Both the position numbers and the translations under genes were made by a program. A DNA stretch of 64,000 nt from Patescibacteria group bacterium (GTDB lineage: Bacteria > Patescibacteriota > Patescibacteriia > UBA10025 > JAHIVO01), in assembly GCA_041660605.1 (NCBI GenBank), contig JBAZWB010000001.1:329295-393294 (forward strand), read 5' to 3'. The notes under the pieces were generated by a model. It ran no database searches. It was not told where the DNA came from and saw only the letters and a list, made by a program, of their open reading frames with translations. Below are positions 47,268-56,172 of this stretch, one piece after another (positions within the stretch are counted from its first letter, which is position 1; each line of letters begins with the position of its first letter).

Positions 47268-47648
47268 TTAGGTTACCGCGTCAATTCTGGCAAAAACAAA
47301 GGTCACCATTGCCCAGGACAGCATAATGATGATTAATCCGATGACCGCTGTTTTTAAAACTTCCTTGGCTTTTTTCACCCTTTCCTCATTGCCAGCGGAA
47401 GTCATCCAGGTGACACCGCCCCAGAGTACCATTATAACGGCTACCAGGCCGAGAAAGCCGAGTGCCCACTGTATGACCCTGATGACTACTTCCGGCGGTC
47501 CGCCTTTTGGATTCGGCAGGTTGGTGGCGTTGATAATATCGCCGTTGGCGTCAAAAGTTACTGCTCTGGCCGGTTCAGCCATAAATAAGCCGACGTTAAA
47601 AATCATAACGCTCAATAGTCCGATAACTTTCCAGAATTTTTTAGTCAT
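47268..47648 (-). CDS. TrbC/VirB2-like pilin-type small membrane protein (tentative)
   Basis: 126 aa. Signal-like N-terminus, then two hydrophobic helices separated by a short GG-containing loop (VIQWALGFLGLVAVIMVLWGGVTWMTSAGN...). Confidence 0.45.
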   Translation of the reverse strand: MTKKFWKVIGLLSVMIFNVGLFMAEPARAVTFDANGDIINATNLPNPKGGPPEVVIRVIQWALGFLGLVAVIMVLWGGVTWMTSAGNEERVKKAKEVLKTAVIGLIIIMLSWAMVTFVFARIDAVT

Positions 47649-47701
47649 AGAGTGGTATTAATGTATATATTATAGTCTTTTTATCGGGAATGTCAATATA
47701 A

Positions 47702-47790
47702 CGTAGAGATTGGATTATGAATCCAGCCTGCACATGGATGTATTGACAAAAACAGCGGGTGAGAGTAATTTTGTAATGATAAAATAGCAT
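47702..47790 (+). promoter_or_regulatory. Promoter (TTGACA-17-TAATTT) preceded by palindromic operator-like site TTGGATTATGAATCCAG
   Basis: Near-identical AGATTGGATTMWKAATCCAG...GTATTGACAA block also precedes the next gene (49118-49200). Confidence 0.4.
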
Positions 47791-47813
47791 ATTAAAATAA
47801 CCGGAGGTAATAG

Positions 47814-49052
47814 ATGCAAGAGCAGAGTTTTTGTATTGGCGGAGGCATTCCACGCTGGTCGCAGATTTCAGTTGGCGGGGAGATAAAGAAAGTACGTAGC
47901 CGCGGCGGGTTATTCGGCGGCGATATCAGAGTCGTGACTGACGGACCGCATCGCGGTAAAATTCTCATCCCATTCTGGGAAAGCATGCTGGCGCATATTG
48001 CTCGGCAGAGCGGCGAGTATAGCGATGACTATTGGGACCAGAAATGGCTCATTTATCAGATGTTCGAAAGCGTCTATGAGGCCGTTCGCTATACCTACCA
48101 TATTCTGGATGAAAATTATGGCATTACTTTCCAGCAAGGTGAGAAAGGTCGTTTGGCTGCAGCACGGCAGGCGTTGATGGATCTGAATATGGTGGCAATC
48201 GGTCTGCGTAAGGGTAATGTAAAAGAGCTGATGCTGACTTTGCAGGAGAGATCTGGATTTATCATCAGGCAGGTCGGTGAGCAGCCTCACGATAAGCTGA
48301 AATGCCAGGCACTCAAGCATTCCATCAGGCTAGGTACTGCTTTTGACAGTCTGAAGCGGGTTAATCTCGGGGCGTACCGGGCGGTAACCGTGACTGCCGA
48401 CGATGAGTTGGCGCACCGGATAGTCGACATCCGCTGCATAGAGCCAAAGATTTTGGCGAGACGGCAGACTCTTAAGGCGGTGATTGAGGAAATGGAACTC
48501 TACTTGAACGGGATTTACGAATTTCTCACTTTATTGCTTAGGGAAGATGAATTGCAGAAAGATCAGCGTTCAGACAGAAAGAAGTGCGAGGAGCTGTATT
48601 CTCATCTGACTTTGTATCTTCGCCGGATCGCGCTTTATGACATATTGCCATTCAGCTGGACAGCTTACTACATCGGAAGAGAGTTTGCTAATGCTCGTAT
48701 CTTATTGGAACGGGGTGAATGGCATCCAGCATTGGTTTTGCTGCGCAGCAGCTGGAGTTCACTGGCTTTGCGGCAGCTGCGAACCGATATTGAAGAAGTC
48801 ATTCTCAAGATTACTTTCATGCTCTTTGGCAAGCCGAAAGAGATAAACGTAAAACAGGCAAGTGATCTGGCTGATGAGTTGGTAGGATTCACTGGACGGT
48901 TGAGTCAAATTGACGACTTAAGCTTCCGCCAGCCGGTGGTTAAAAAAGTTTGGCCGCTGATTAATTCTGCGGAACACCAACTTTGCGATCACACTGTAGC
49001 CTCTGTTCGGGCAGCCAAGGATTGGCTAAAGCAGGCGGCCAGCTTGCTTTAA
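47814..49052 (+). CDS. Hypothetical protein (all-helical, no recognised domain)
   Basis: 412 aa; GGAGGT SD 6 nt before the ATG. Confidence 0.55.
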   Translation: MQEQSFCIGGGIPRWSQISVGGEIKKVRSRGGLFGGDIRVVTDGPHRGKILIPFWESMLAHIARQSGEYSDDYWDQKWLIYQMFESVYEAVRYTYHILDENYGITFQQGEKGRLAAARQALMDLNMVAIGLRKGNVKELMLTLQERSGFIIRQVGEQPHDKLKCQALKHSIRLGTAFDSLKRVNLGAYRAVTVTADDELAHRIVDIRCIEPKILARRQTLKAVIEEMELYLNGIYEFLTLLLREDELQKDQRSDRKKCEELYSHLTLYLRRIALYDILPFSWTAYYIGREFANARILLERGEWHPALVLLRSSWSSLALRQLRTDIEEVILKITFMLFGKPKEINVKQASDLADELVGFTGRLSQIDDLSFRQPVVKKVWPLINSAEHQLCDHTVASVRAAKDWLKQAASLL

Positions 49053-49117
49053 TATGAATTATGAAGGATTTAAGCTTAATGCGCATTTTCGAGAGGGGAT
49101 GCGCATTTTTTATTAAG

Positions 49118-49200
49118 ACTTATTTAGACTTAGATTGGATTCATAATCCAGTCCGAACCGCGGAAGTATTGACAAATTAAAATTTATATGTTAGTATAGC
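49118..49200 (+). promoter_or_regulatory. Promoter (TTGACA-17-TAGTAT) preceded by palindromic operator-like site TTGGATTCATAATCCAG
   Basis: GGATTnnnAATCC palindrome centred about 30 bp upstream of the -35, same arrangement as at 47702-47790. Confidence 0.45.
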
Positions 49201-49382
49201 CTGTTATTTTGATCCGGACTTTAATAAACACTTCACTGGCAGACCCTTGGAAATCTGCGGTTTTCATGGGGCTGCCAATGCAAGTCATAGACAGCCATGT
49301 TCACTCAAACCCGGTCAACTCTACAAGGTGTAGGGAAGGCGCAGGGCAAGGGGATGGAACATGAAACGTATGGAGAAACCAT

Positions 49383-50054
49383 ATGTCGAATTCAGTTTTT
49401 GCTCGTATCTTAAATCCCGAATATGGGGTCTTTGATGAACAACTCGGTGTTGTTCCTGTTCAGGTGTCAGGAGATCAATACCAAGGTCTTACCTCAGTTT
49501 ACTTTGATTGGAAAGAAAACCATAGGCATTACCATGATAATGATGGAGAAAAACTCATCAGTTTGGGCATGGGCCAACCTAATCCTCCCATTGTGCATAT
49601 GCAGATTGATGTTCATTGGGAAGAAGCCGGTAGTTGGTGGAAGCACTGGAAGGCATGCGTTTCTGGAGTCCCGGAAAATCGAATCCGGCCGGTAAAAATC
49701 GTCGACCTGGATAAAAATCATCAATTTCCCTCTAACCATGGGATTTGGATCTGTGGATGTCGCATATACGCGATATTTCCTCTGACAGAAAACAATCTGT
49801 TTGAGGTGGCGCAGTTGGCGATAAGCAGCGTTTCGGATCAGCAAATATTTCAGTTTGTGGTCCAGATGCTTCTGTATCACGCCTCTCAGCCGGCTTCGAA
49901 ACCTGCTTCTCTTTTCACCGACGACGATCCGAGAATTATTGCTGAAATCATCACACTCTTCCAGGGACACCGCAAATTCCGTGTAGAGATTGGTGAAGAA
50001 CGACTGGCTGGTCTTGCTCTTCGCGTGAACCAGGCAGTTAGCGCTGGTCTCTAG
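49383..50054 (+). CDS. Hypothetical protein (start codon uncertain)
   Basis: 223 aa ORF. An upstream conserved leader (GGTCAAC...GGGAAGGCGCAGG...AAGGGGA) resembles the leader of the next gene. Confidence 0.45.
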   Translation: MSNSVFARILNPEYGVFDEQLGVVPVQVSGDQYQGLTSVYFDWKENHRHYHDNDGEKLISLGMGQPNPPIVHMQIDVHWEEAGSWWKHWKACVSGVPENRIRPVKIVDLDKNHQFPSNHGIWICGCRIYAIFPLTENNLFEVAQLAISSVSDQQIFQFVVQMLLYHASQPASKPASLFTDDDPRIIAEIITLFQGHRKFRVEIGEERLAGLALRVNQAVSAGL

Positions 50055-50133
50055 ATCTGTCAACCGTCAACAACTCAAACTCAACTCCGGTCAACCTATT
50101 ATATATGGGAAGGCGCAGGAGAAGGGAGAACAC

Positions 50134-50808
50134 ATGTATTCACAAGTCGAAAAAACTGTGGAGCTTAGGAATAAGCTTATGGGGCTCAATTTTCCGTGGA
50201 ATATTTGTTTTCTTATCGGAAGCTTAATAGTGCTTGTTGTTCCTATATCTCAATACGCTTTTGTGTTGGGTTATATTGATCCTCAAGCGCATGGCATTGA
50301 AAAATTGCAGAATATCCTGAGTAATCTCGGTCTAAATCTGACACGGTATCAGATACTAGATGCGGTTACGCTTATATGCCCTGGACTTTTGTCCATGTTT
50401 ACAGTTCTGGTAGGAGCTATTATCCTGAGACCGCAACGGAAATACGATAGTCGTCAAGAAGATCTAATGTACCGTTTTGATTTTTATGCAGCCGGCTCTC
50501 AAGTAATCGGAAAGATTGATGCTCATCTGATCAATTTCGGTGAATTGCTGAAAGCATCAGATTATAAACCCTTACCTGTATTAGGGTTGAGTCCCGAGTA
50601 TGTGATTGATAGCGGTAGCCTGGTTCTCCAGATACCTATCGACTCTAACGACGGTCTTGCAGCAACCAAGGAGTGGTGCAAACAGGTTAAAGACTTCATG
50701 TCTTTGACGCCGCCGTCAGTGTGGCGTGGATGGGTGATGATTGTGATGTACATCTTCGCTCTAATAGGCATTCCTGTGCTATGGTATTGTCTCGTTCATT
50801 TCGTGTAG
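50134..50808 (+). CDS. Hypothetical membrane protein (3-4 TM helices)
   Basis: 224 aa; preceded by a conserved leader GGTCAAC...TGGGAAGGCGCAGGAGAAGGGAGAACAC ATG. Confidence 0.5.
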   Translation: MYSQVEKTVELRNKLMGLNFPWNICFLIGSLIVLVVPISQYAFVLGYIDPQAHGIEKLQNILSNLGLNLTRYQILDAVTLICPGLLSMFTVLVGAIILRPQRKYDSRQEDLMYRFDFYAAGSQVIGKIDAHLINFGELLKASDYKPLPVLGLSPEYVIDSGSLVLQIPIDSNDGLAATKEWCKQVKDFMSLTPPSVWRGWVMIVMYIFALIGIPVLWYCLVHFV

Positions 50809-50899
50809 AATCTATAACCCTCTGCTTGGTCTTCGGATCAGGCAGGGGTGTTTTTTTATTGCCAGAACGCCGGTAAATGGTTATAATTAACCTAAGTTT

Positions 50900-52276
50900 A
50901 TGGCAGAAAACACTAAAATGGAAAAACTAATTTCGCTGTGCAAAAGGCGCGGTTTTATTTTTCAGTCCGGCGAGCAGTACGGCGGTTTGCAGGGCTTCTG
51001 GGATTTCGGGCCGCTGGGCGTTGAATTGAAAAATAATATCAAGAAATTGTGGTGGAAAAAATTCGTCCAGCAGCGCGATGACGTAGTCGGGTTAGATTCA
51101 GCGATTGTGACCAATCCGAAAGTCTGGGAAAAAAGTGGGCACGTGAAAAGCTTTGCCGACACGCTGGTGGAATGCAAAAAATGCCATTTGCGCTTCAAGT
51201 ACGACGATTTATCCGATAAGGATAAATGCCCGAGCTGCGGAGGCGAATTTACCGAAGCCAAACAGTTCAATACCATGTTCAGGACTTTTGTCGGGCCGGC
51301 GGAGAGTTCCTCGTCCACGGCGTATCTGCGCCCGGAAACCGCCCAGAATATTTTTATAAATTTTGATCTGATCCGGCAATCAATGCGCCTGAAGATTCCA
51401 TTCGGCATCGCGCAGATCGGCAAAGCCTTCCGCAACGAGATTACGCCAGGCAATTTTATTTTTCGTTCGCGTGAATTTGAACAGATGGAACTGGAATATT
51501 TTGTGGCACCTAAGGAAGATGAGGGGTGGTTTGTAAAATGGGTGGCCGCCAGCCACCGCTGGTTCATTGATTTAGGCATTAAAAAAGAGAACCTGCGCCT
51601 GTTTGAGCAGCCAAAGGAGGAACTGGCGCATTATTCCAAAGCCACCACGGATATAGAATATAAATTTCCGTTCTCCGCCAAAGGCGGCAATGAAGGCTGG
51701 GCGGAACTGATGGGCATTGCCAACCGCACGGATTACGACCTGAAAGCCCACGGCTTCAAATACCGGGACGAGGCAACCAATAAAGAATTTATCCCTTATG
51801 TCATTGAGCCCTCGGCCGGCGTTGACCGGGCAGCTTTGGCTTTTTTACTGGATGCGTACGATGAAGTGAAAGGCGGCCGGACCACTACTACCGAGAGCAA
51901 CAAGGAATCGGAAATAGTCTTGCGCCTGCACAAGGACCTGGCGCCTTTCAAAGTGGCGGTTTTGCCATTGTCAAAAAAGGAAAAGCTATCCGGGTTGGCC
52001 AAAGATGTTTATCATGATCTGCAGAAACACTGGATGACCGCTTATGACGAGATTTCCTCCATCGGCCGGCGCTATCGCCGCCAGGACGAGATTGGCACGC
52101 CATATTGCGTGACGGTGGATTTCGAATCACTGGAGGACAAAAAAGTCACTGTGCGCGACAGGGATACGATGAAGCAGGAGAGGGTGGAGATTAAGGAAAT
52201 AATTCCATACCTTAGCAATCAATTGAAAAGTCAATCCATAATTAATGAACGAACGCGGCTACAAATCATCACCTGA
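50900..52276 (+). CDS. glyQS: Glycyl-tRNA synthetase (alpha2 dimeric type) with a replaced/extended C-terminal tail
   Basis: 458 aa. N-terminal LCKRRGFIFQSGEQYGGLQGFWDFGPLG. Class II motifs and C-terminal anticodon-binding domain. The last ~30 codons lie past a 31-bp duplication breakpoint. Confidence 0.85.
   Translation: MAENTKMEKLISLCKRRGFIFQSGEQYGGLQGFWDFGPLGVELKNNIKKLWWKKFVQQRDDVVGLDSAIVTNPKVWEKSGHVKSFADTLVECKKCHLRFKYDDLSDKDKCPSCGGEFTEAKQFNTMFRTFVGPAESSSSTAYLRPETAQNIFINFDLIRQSMRLKIPFGIAQIGKAFRNEITPGNFIFRSREFEQMELEYFVAPKEDEGWFVKWVAASHRWFIDLGIKKENLRLFEQPKEELAHYSKATTDIEYKFPFSAKGGNEGWAELMGIANRTDYDLKAHGFKYRDEATNKEFIPYVIEPSAGVDRAALAFLLDAYDEVKGGRTTTTESNKESEIVLRLHKDLAPFKVAVLPLSKKEKLSGLAKDVYHDLQKHWMTAYDEISSIGRRYRRQDEIGTPYCVTVDFESLEDKKVTVRDRDTMKQERVEIKEIIPYLSNQLKSQSIINERTRLQIIT
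52153..52183 (+). repeat. 31-bp direct repeat, copy 1 (inside glyS 3' end), GCGCGACAGGGATACGATGAAGCAGGAGAGG
   Basis: Identical 31-mer at 53125-53155. Confidence 0.7.
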
Positions 52277-53111
52277 AGCCGGTGGTTTTTCAGCATCGGA
52301 TTCCGCTGCAGAGAAAAAAGATAAAAAACCAGGCAGGATTGTCAGAGGAATCAGGAATGTTGTAGTGGCGGCTGCAGCCGCAGGAGTTTTATCATCAGCA
52401 GCCAGCGCTGAAGGTGCTAAAGGGCAAGCGGATACGTCAAAACAAGAACAACGAGAGGCAAGCCGGATGAATCTTGAGGATCAGGTTTTACACTATATGG
52501 ATAATGCGCTTAACAAGGGTCTCTCAAGATCTATTGTGGAACAGAACTTAAGACAGTCATTTGCACTTTTAAAAGAAGGCATACTCCAGGATAAGAGTGC
52601 AGATTCGGTAAAATCTCAAATTGATTCACTCTGGCCAGAAATGTACAGATTACCAGATAGTAAAGACTATCCGATTGATCCAAATGATACAGAATTAATG
52701 GGAATCTATAAGCTATATGATTCACTGATGTTTGAGATGGATGCGATTGACGAGAAAGTGCAAAAGGAAATAAATATGATACATCCCGATACGTTGTCCC
52801 AGAATTTTAATTTTACCGAGGAGTGGGCGCAGGCAAATGTCGGGAAGATTTTTCTTCAGGGCGATAAATTGATTGTAGTTGGAAAAGGGGAATCGCCAGA
52901 CGAGCAAACAGCATCGGATAAGGCAATGTTTGAAGCTCAGGCAGGCATGGCAAAATACCTGGCGCAAGAGGGAGCGCCGCAGTACGGAGGAGAGTTTGTT
53001 TCTATTTTTGGAACTGAAGAAATTGCCCACTTTCGGGAAACCAAGGATGATGGCAAGCATCAATCGGTGAAAGTAATGGGAACTTCGGTTAAAAAGAATC
53101 TCAGGAAATAA
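52245..53111 (+). CDS. Hypothetical protein (probably secreted or periplasmic) located inside an insertion at the glyS 3' end
   Basis: 288 aa; overlaps the glyS stop; bounded by 31-bp direct repeats. Confidence 0.45.
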   Translation: MNERGYKSSPEAGGFSASDSAAEKKDKKPGRIVRGIRNVVVAAAAAGVLSSAASAEGAKGQADTSKQEQREASRMNLEDQVLHYMDNALNKGLSRSIVEQNLRQSFALLKEGILQDKSADSVKSQIDSLWPEMYRLPDSKDYPIDPNDTELMGIYKLYDSLMFEMDAIDEKVQKEINMIHPDTLSQNFNFTEEWAQANVGKIFLQGDKLIVVGKGESPDEQTASDKAMFEAQAGMAKYLAQEGAPQYGGEFVSIFGTEEIAHFRETKDDGKHQSVKVMGTSVKKNLRK

Positions 53112-53124
53112 TTTAAATAAGCGG

Positions 53125-53204
53125 GCGCGACAGGGATACGATGAAGCAGGAGAGGATTGAAATTGATAAATTGGCGGTTTATTTGTTAGAACATTTATAA
53201 TTTG
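53125..53204 (+). pseudogene. Orphan 3' fragment of glyS (ancestral C-terminus ...RDRDTMKQERIEIDKLAVYLLEHL-stop) displaced about 970 bp downstream
   Basis: Begins with the 31-bp repeat copy 2 and continues in-frame to a TAA; its peptide parallels the current GlyRS tail. Confidence 0.6.
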
Positions 53205-53211
53205 TTATTTT

Positions 53212-53470
53212 TTCTTTTCTGTACAAACAGAAAAGAAGCAAAAGAGTTGCCGCCTGTATAAAAAATTATCGAAAAAGGGCTTGTCGTCATTCCGCGTTGT
53301 AAACTCGCTCCTCGCTTCGTCCGCCTGCGGCGTAACTTCGCTGCGTTCGCTCAAACAGTACAACGCGGTTGCCTATGGGCAACCATTCCTCCTCGCTCCT
53401 TTTTCTTTTAAATTTTTTATAATAGGCGGATTGATTTCATTTTTACTACGATTACTCCGCAATGGGCGGA
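53212..53470 (+). repeat. Intergenic repeat element, copy B of the family seen at 4965-5175
   Basis: Same 5' TTCTTTTCTGTACAAACAG and 3' CTACGATTACTCCGCAATGGGCGG termini. Internal palindrome GGTTGCCTATGGGCAACC. The ORF-track 53281..53505 ORF lies inside it. Confidence 0.5.
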
Positions 53471-53592
53471 TTAATCGCGGATTTGAGACGGACCCGACCT
53501 TTTAAAGAATGCCCAGCCTTAAAGTATATTAAATAAAAAAAGTCTCCGAACAAAAGTCCGGAGACCTATACAGCTCAAGCTTATAAGATTGC

Positions 53593-53733
53593 CTAGTTAG
53601 GCCATTTGATTGACGGGAAAGCGCCGCCATCAGAGGCTAATTGAAGTCCCGCAAGCGCAAATAGAATCAGAACCACGATCCCCAGCAGGATTAACCAAGT
53701 TTTTTTGTAATCAGGCTGATTACTATACGACAT
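53593..53733 (-). CDS. Candidate 46-aa single-pass membrane protein (MSYSNQPDYKKTWLILLGIVVLILFALAGLQLASDGGAFPSIKWPN)
   Basis: AGGAGG SD 5 nt upstream of the ATG on the minus strand; central 20-residue hydrophobic helix. Below the ORF-track cut-off. Confidence 0.4.
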   Translation of the reverse strand: MSYSNQPDYKKTWLILLGIVVLILFALAGLQLASDGGAFPSIKWPN

Positions 53734-53817
53734 TCTAACCTCCTGTAATGAACGTCCAGCATGTTAAATAGGTATTTAAGCCTATTTAAAATCAAAAATG
53801 ATAAATTGTCAAATAGC

Positions 53818-55083
53818 ATGTTCAAGAAATATAAATTAAAAAACGGTTTGCGCGTAATTTTAGCCCCTCTGCATGAGACAAAAGCAGTGACGGTTTTGGT
53901 GCTGGTAAAAATCGGTTCGCGGTATGAAAGCCGGGAAATCAACGGGGCGTCGCATTTTGTGGAGCACCTGATGTTCAAAGGCACGAACAAACGCCTGACC
54001 GCGCTGGATATCTCCAAAGAGCTGGACGGCGTTGGCGCGGAATACAACGCTTTTACTTCCAAGGACCATACGGGATATTACATCAAGGCGAATTATGAAA
54101 AGATCCAGCTGGCTCTGGATATCATTTCCGATATTATCTATAATTCCCGGTTTGAGCAAAAAGAAATTGAACGGGAAAGAGGGGTGATTATTGAGGAAAT
54201 CAACATGTACGAAGACAACCCCATGATGTTCATGGAGGATCTTTTTGAACAGACAGTATACGGAGACCATCCGCTTGGCTGGAACATCGCCGGCACCAAA
54301 GAGACCATCAGGAAAGTGACACGGGAGCAGCTTTTTGATTATTACAAATCCCATTATCAGCCGAAGAATATCTTGGTGGCAGTAGCCGGCCGCCTGGATA
54401 ATAACATCAGGAATCAGGTCGCCCGATATTTCGGCGTAGCGGCGCCGGCAAAAAAATCAGGCCAGTTTAAGAACATTAAAATTAAACAAAGCCAGCCCCA
54501 GTCCACGGTTAAATACAAGGACACGGAACAGGCTCAGCTGGCGCTCGGTTTTCCGGCGTATTCTTATTTCAATGATAAGCTGTATTCTTTATACCTTTTG
54601 AGCGTGATCCTGGGCGGCAACATGAGTTCGCGGCTTTTCACTTCCATCCGGGAGAAAAAAGGGCTGTGCTATTTTATCCGTTGCGGCGTTAATGTTTATG
54701 AAGACACGGGCAACCTAATGGTCCAGGCCGGCCTGGATAAGAGCCGGATCAAAGAAGCCATCAGGGAAATCATAAAAGAGCTGGTCAAGGTGAAAACCAG
54801 CGGCGTAACTGCCGGAGAACTGAAGAAAGCCAAGGATTTCCTGAAAGGCAAGCTGATTTTGGACCTGGAATCTTCGGAAAATGTCGCCTCCTGGCTGTCA
54901 AAACAGGAATTGATGCGCCATAAAATTATCAGCGTAGAACAGCAAATGAAGAAAATCGACCAGGTCAGCATTGCCAGCATCAAAAAAGTAACCAATGAAA
55001 TAATCAAACCGGCGAGAATTAACCTGTCATTGATCGGCCCGTTCCGGAATAAGGATGAATTTTCCGCTATTTTAAAGTTCTAG
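53818..55083 (+). CDS. M16-family zinc peptidase (insulinase/pitrilysin-like)
   Basis: HFVEHLMFKGT inverted zincin motif (HxxEH). Start taken at the internal Met MFKKYKLKNGLRV. Confidence 0.8.
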   Translation: MFKKYKLKNGLRVILAPLHETKAVTVLVLVKIGSRYESREINGASHFVEHLMFKGTNKRLTALDISKELDGVGAEYNAFTSKDHTGYYIKANYEKIQLALDIISDIIYNSRFEQKEIERERGVIIEEINMYEDNPMMFMEDLFEQTVYGDHPLGWNIAGTKETIRKVTREQLFDYYKSHYQPKNILVAVAGRLDNNIRNQVARYFGVAAPAKKSGQFKNIKIKQSQPQSTVKYKDTEQAQLALGFPAYSYFNDKLYSLYLLSVILGGNMSSRLFTSIREKKGLCYFIRCGVNVYEDTGNLMVQAGLDKSRIKEAIREIIKELVKVKTSGVTAGELKKAKDFLKGKLILDLESSENVASWLSKQELMRHKIISVEQQMKKIDQVSIASIKKVTNEIIKPARINLSLIGPFRNKDEFSAILKF

Positions 55084-55089
55084 CTGTTA

Positions 55090-56169
55090 TTGTATAATAA
55101 AAACACTTTTATTATGCTGGAAAACAATAAAAACGTAACTATTAATATTTCTACGCTGACCATTGTCAAGGTAATTGTCATCCTGATAGTTTTGGCGCTT
55201 TTATATTTTTTGCGGGATGTGCTAATAATTCTACTGGTTTCCATAGTCCTGGCCACCGCCCTCAATCCCTGGGTGAACGCTTTGCAAAGGAGGAAAGTGC
55301 CGCGCATTCTGGCGACCGTATTCATCTATCTGGCATTTTTCGGTTCTTTTATAATTATTCTAGTTCTGCTGATCCCGCCTTTAGCGACTCAAGTTACAGA
55401 CATCGCCAGTAATTTTCCCGAATACTATAATCGCGTAGTCAGCGACTTCAGCCGTTTCCAGGATTTTTCTCTGCAGCAGAATATATTGGATGGCGTGCAA
55501 AAAACCCTGTCCTCCCTGCAGTCAGATATTGCTAAAACCACAGCCGGAATTTTTAGCGCAGTTTCCAGTATTTTCGGCGGATTTTTTACTTTGTTAGGCG
55601 TGGTAGTTATAACCTTTTACATGCTGCTGGAAGAGAATGCCCTGAAAAAATTCATGCGCTCGATCACGCCAAATAAATATCAGCCTTATGTTTTTCAGCT
55701 GATGAACCGCATGCAGGACAATCTGCGCTTATGGCTGCGAGGCCAACTGATATTATGCCTGTTAATAGGCGTTTTATCCTATATCGGCCTGACCATCATC
55801 GGCGTGAAGTTTTCCCTGGTACTCGGGCTGTGGGCGGGACTGACGGAATTTATACCTTATCTGGGACCGTTCTTGGGCGCCATTCCGGCGGTGTTCATCG
55901 CCATTACCACTGGCAGCTTCCTGAAAGGATTATTGGTCATCATCTGGTATATCGTCATCCAGCAATTGGAGAATCATCTGATAGTTCCGAAGGTGATGGA
56001 GAAGGCAGTCGGCCTGAATCCGTTGGTAGTGATAATCGTCATGCTGATCGGCGCTAAGATGGCGGGGATTGCCGGTTTATTGCTGGCAGTACCTATGGCT
56101 TTGATATTTAAATCTTTTATGGAAGATTTCTTCGCTGCGAAAAAAGACGAAGAAACATTACCCGAATAA
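55090..56169 (+). CDS. AI-2E family transporter (PerM/YhhT-like, UPF0118)
   Basis: 359 aa, 7-8 TM helices; characteristic QLENHLIVPKVM motif region. Confidence 0.7.
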   Translation: MYNKNTFIMLENNKNVTINISTLTIVKVIVILIVLALLYFLRDVLIILLVSIVLATALNPWVNALQRRKVPRILATVFIYLAFFGSFIIILVLLIPPLATQVTDIASNFPEYYNRVVSDFSRFQDFSLQQNILDGVQKTLSSLQSDIAKTTAGIFSAVSSIFGGFFTLLGVVVITFYMLLEENALKKFMRSITPNKYQPYVFQLMNRMQDNLRLWLRGQLILCLLIGVLSYIGLTIIGVKFSLVLGLWAGLTEFIPYLGPFLGAIPAVFIAITTGSFLKGLLVIIWYIVIQQLENHLIVPKVMEKAVGLNPLVVIIVMLIGAKMAGIAGLLLAVPMALIFKSFMEDFFAAKKDEETLPE

Positions 56170-56172
56170 TTT

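Noticed and set aside
53281-53505. 74-aa plus-strand ORF
   Set aside because: Lies wholly inside intergenic repeat copy B (53212-53470), which is shared with a non-coding copy at 4965-5175. No SD; the repeat explains the sequence better than a gene.
53691-54062. 123-aa minus-strand ORF overlapping the start of the M16 peptidase gene
   Set aside because: Antisense to the peptidase N-terminus. The 46-aa strong-SD ORF at 53593-53733, in a different frame, is a better explanation for minus-strand coding potential here.
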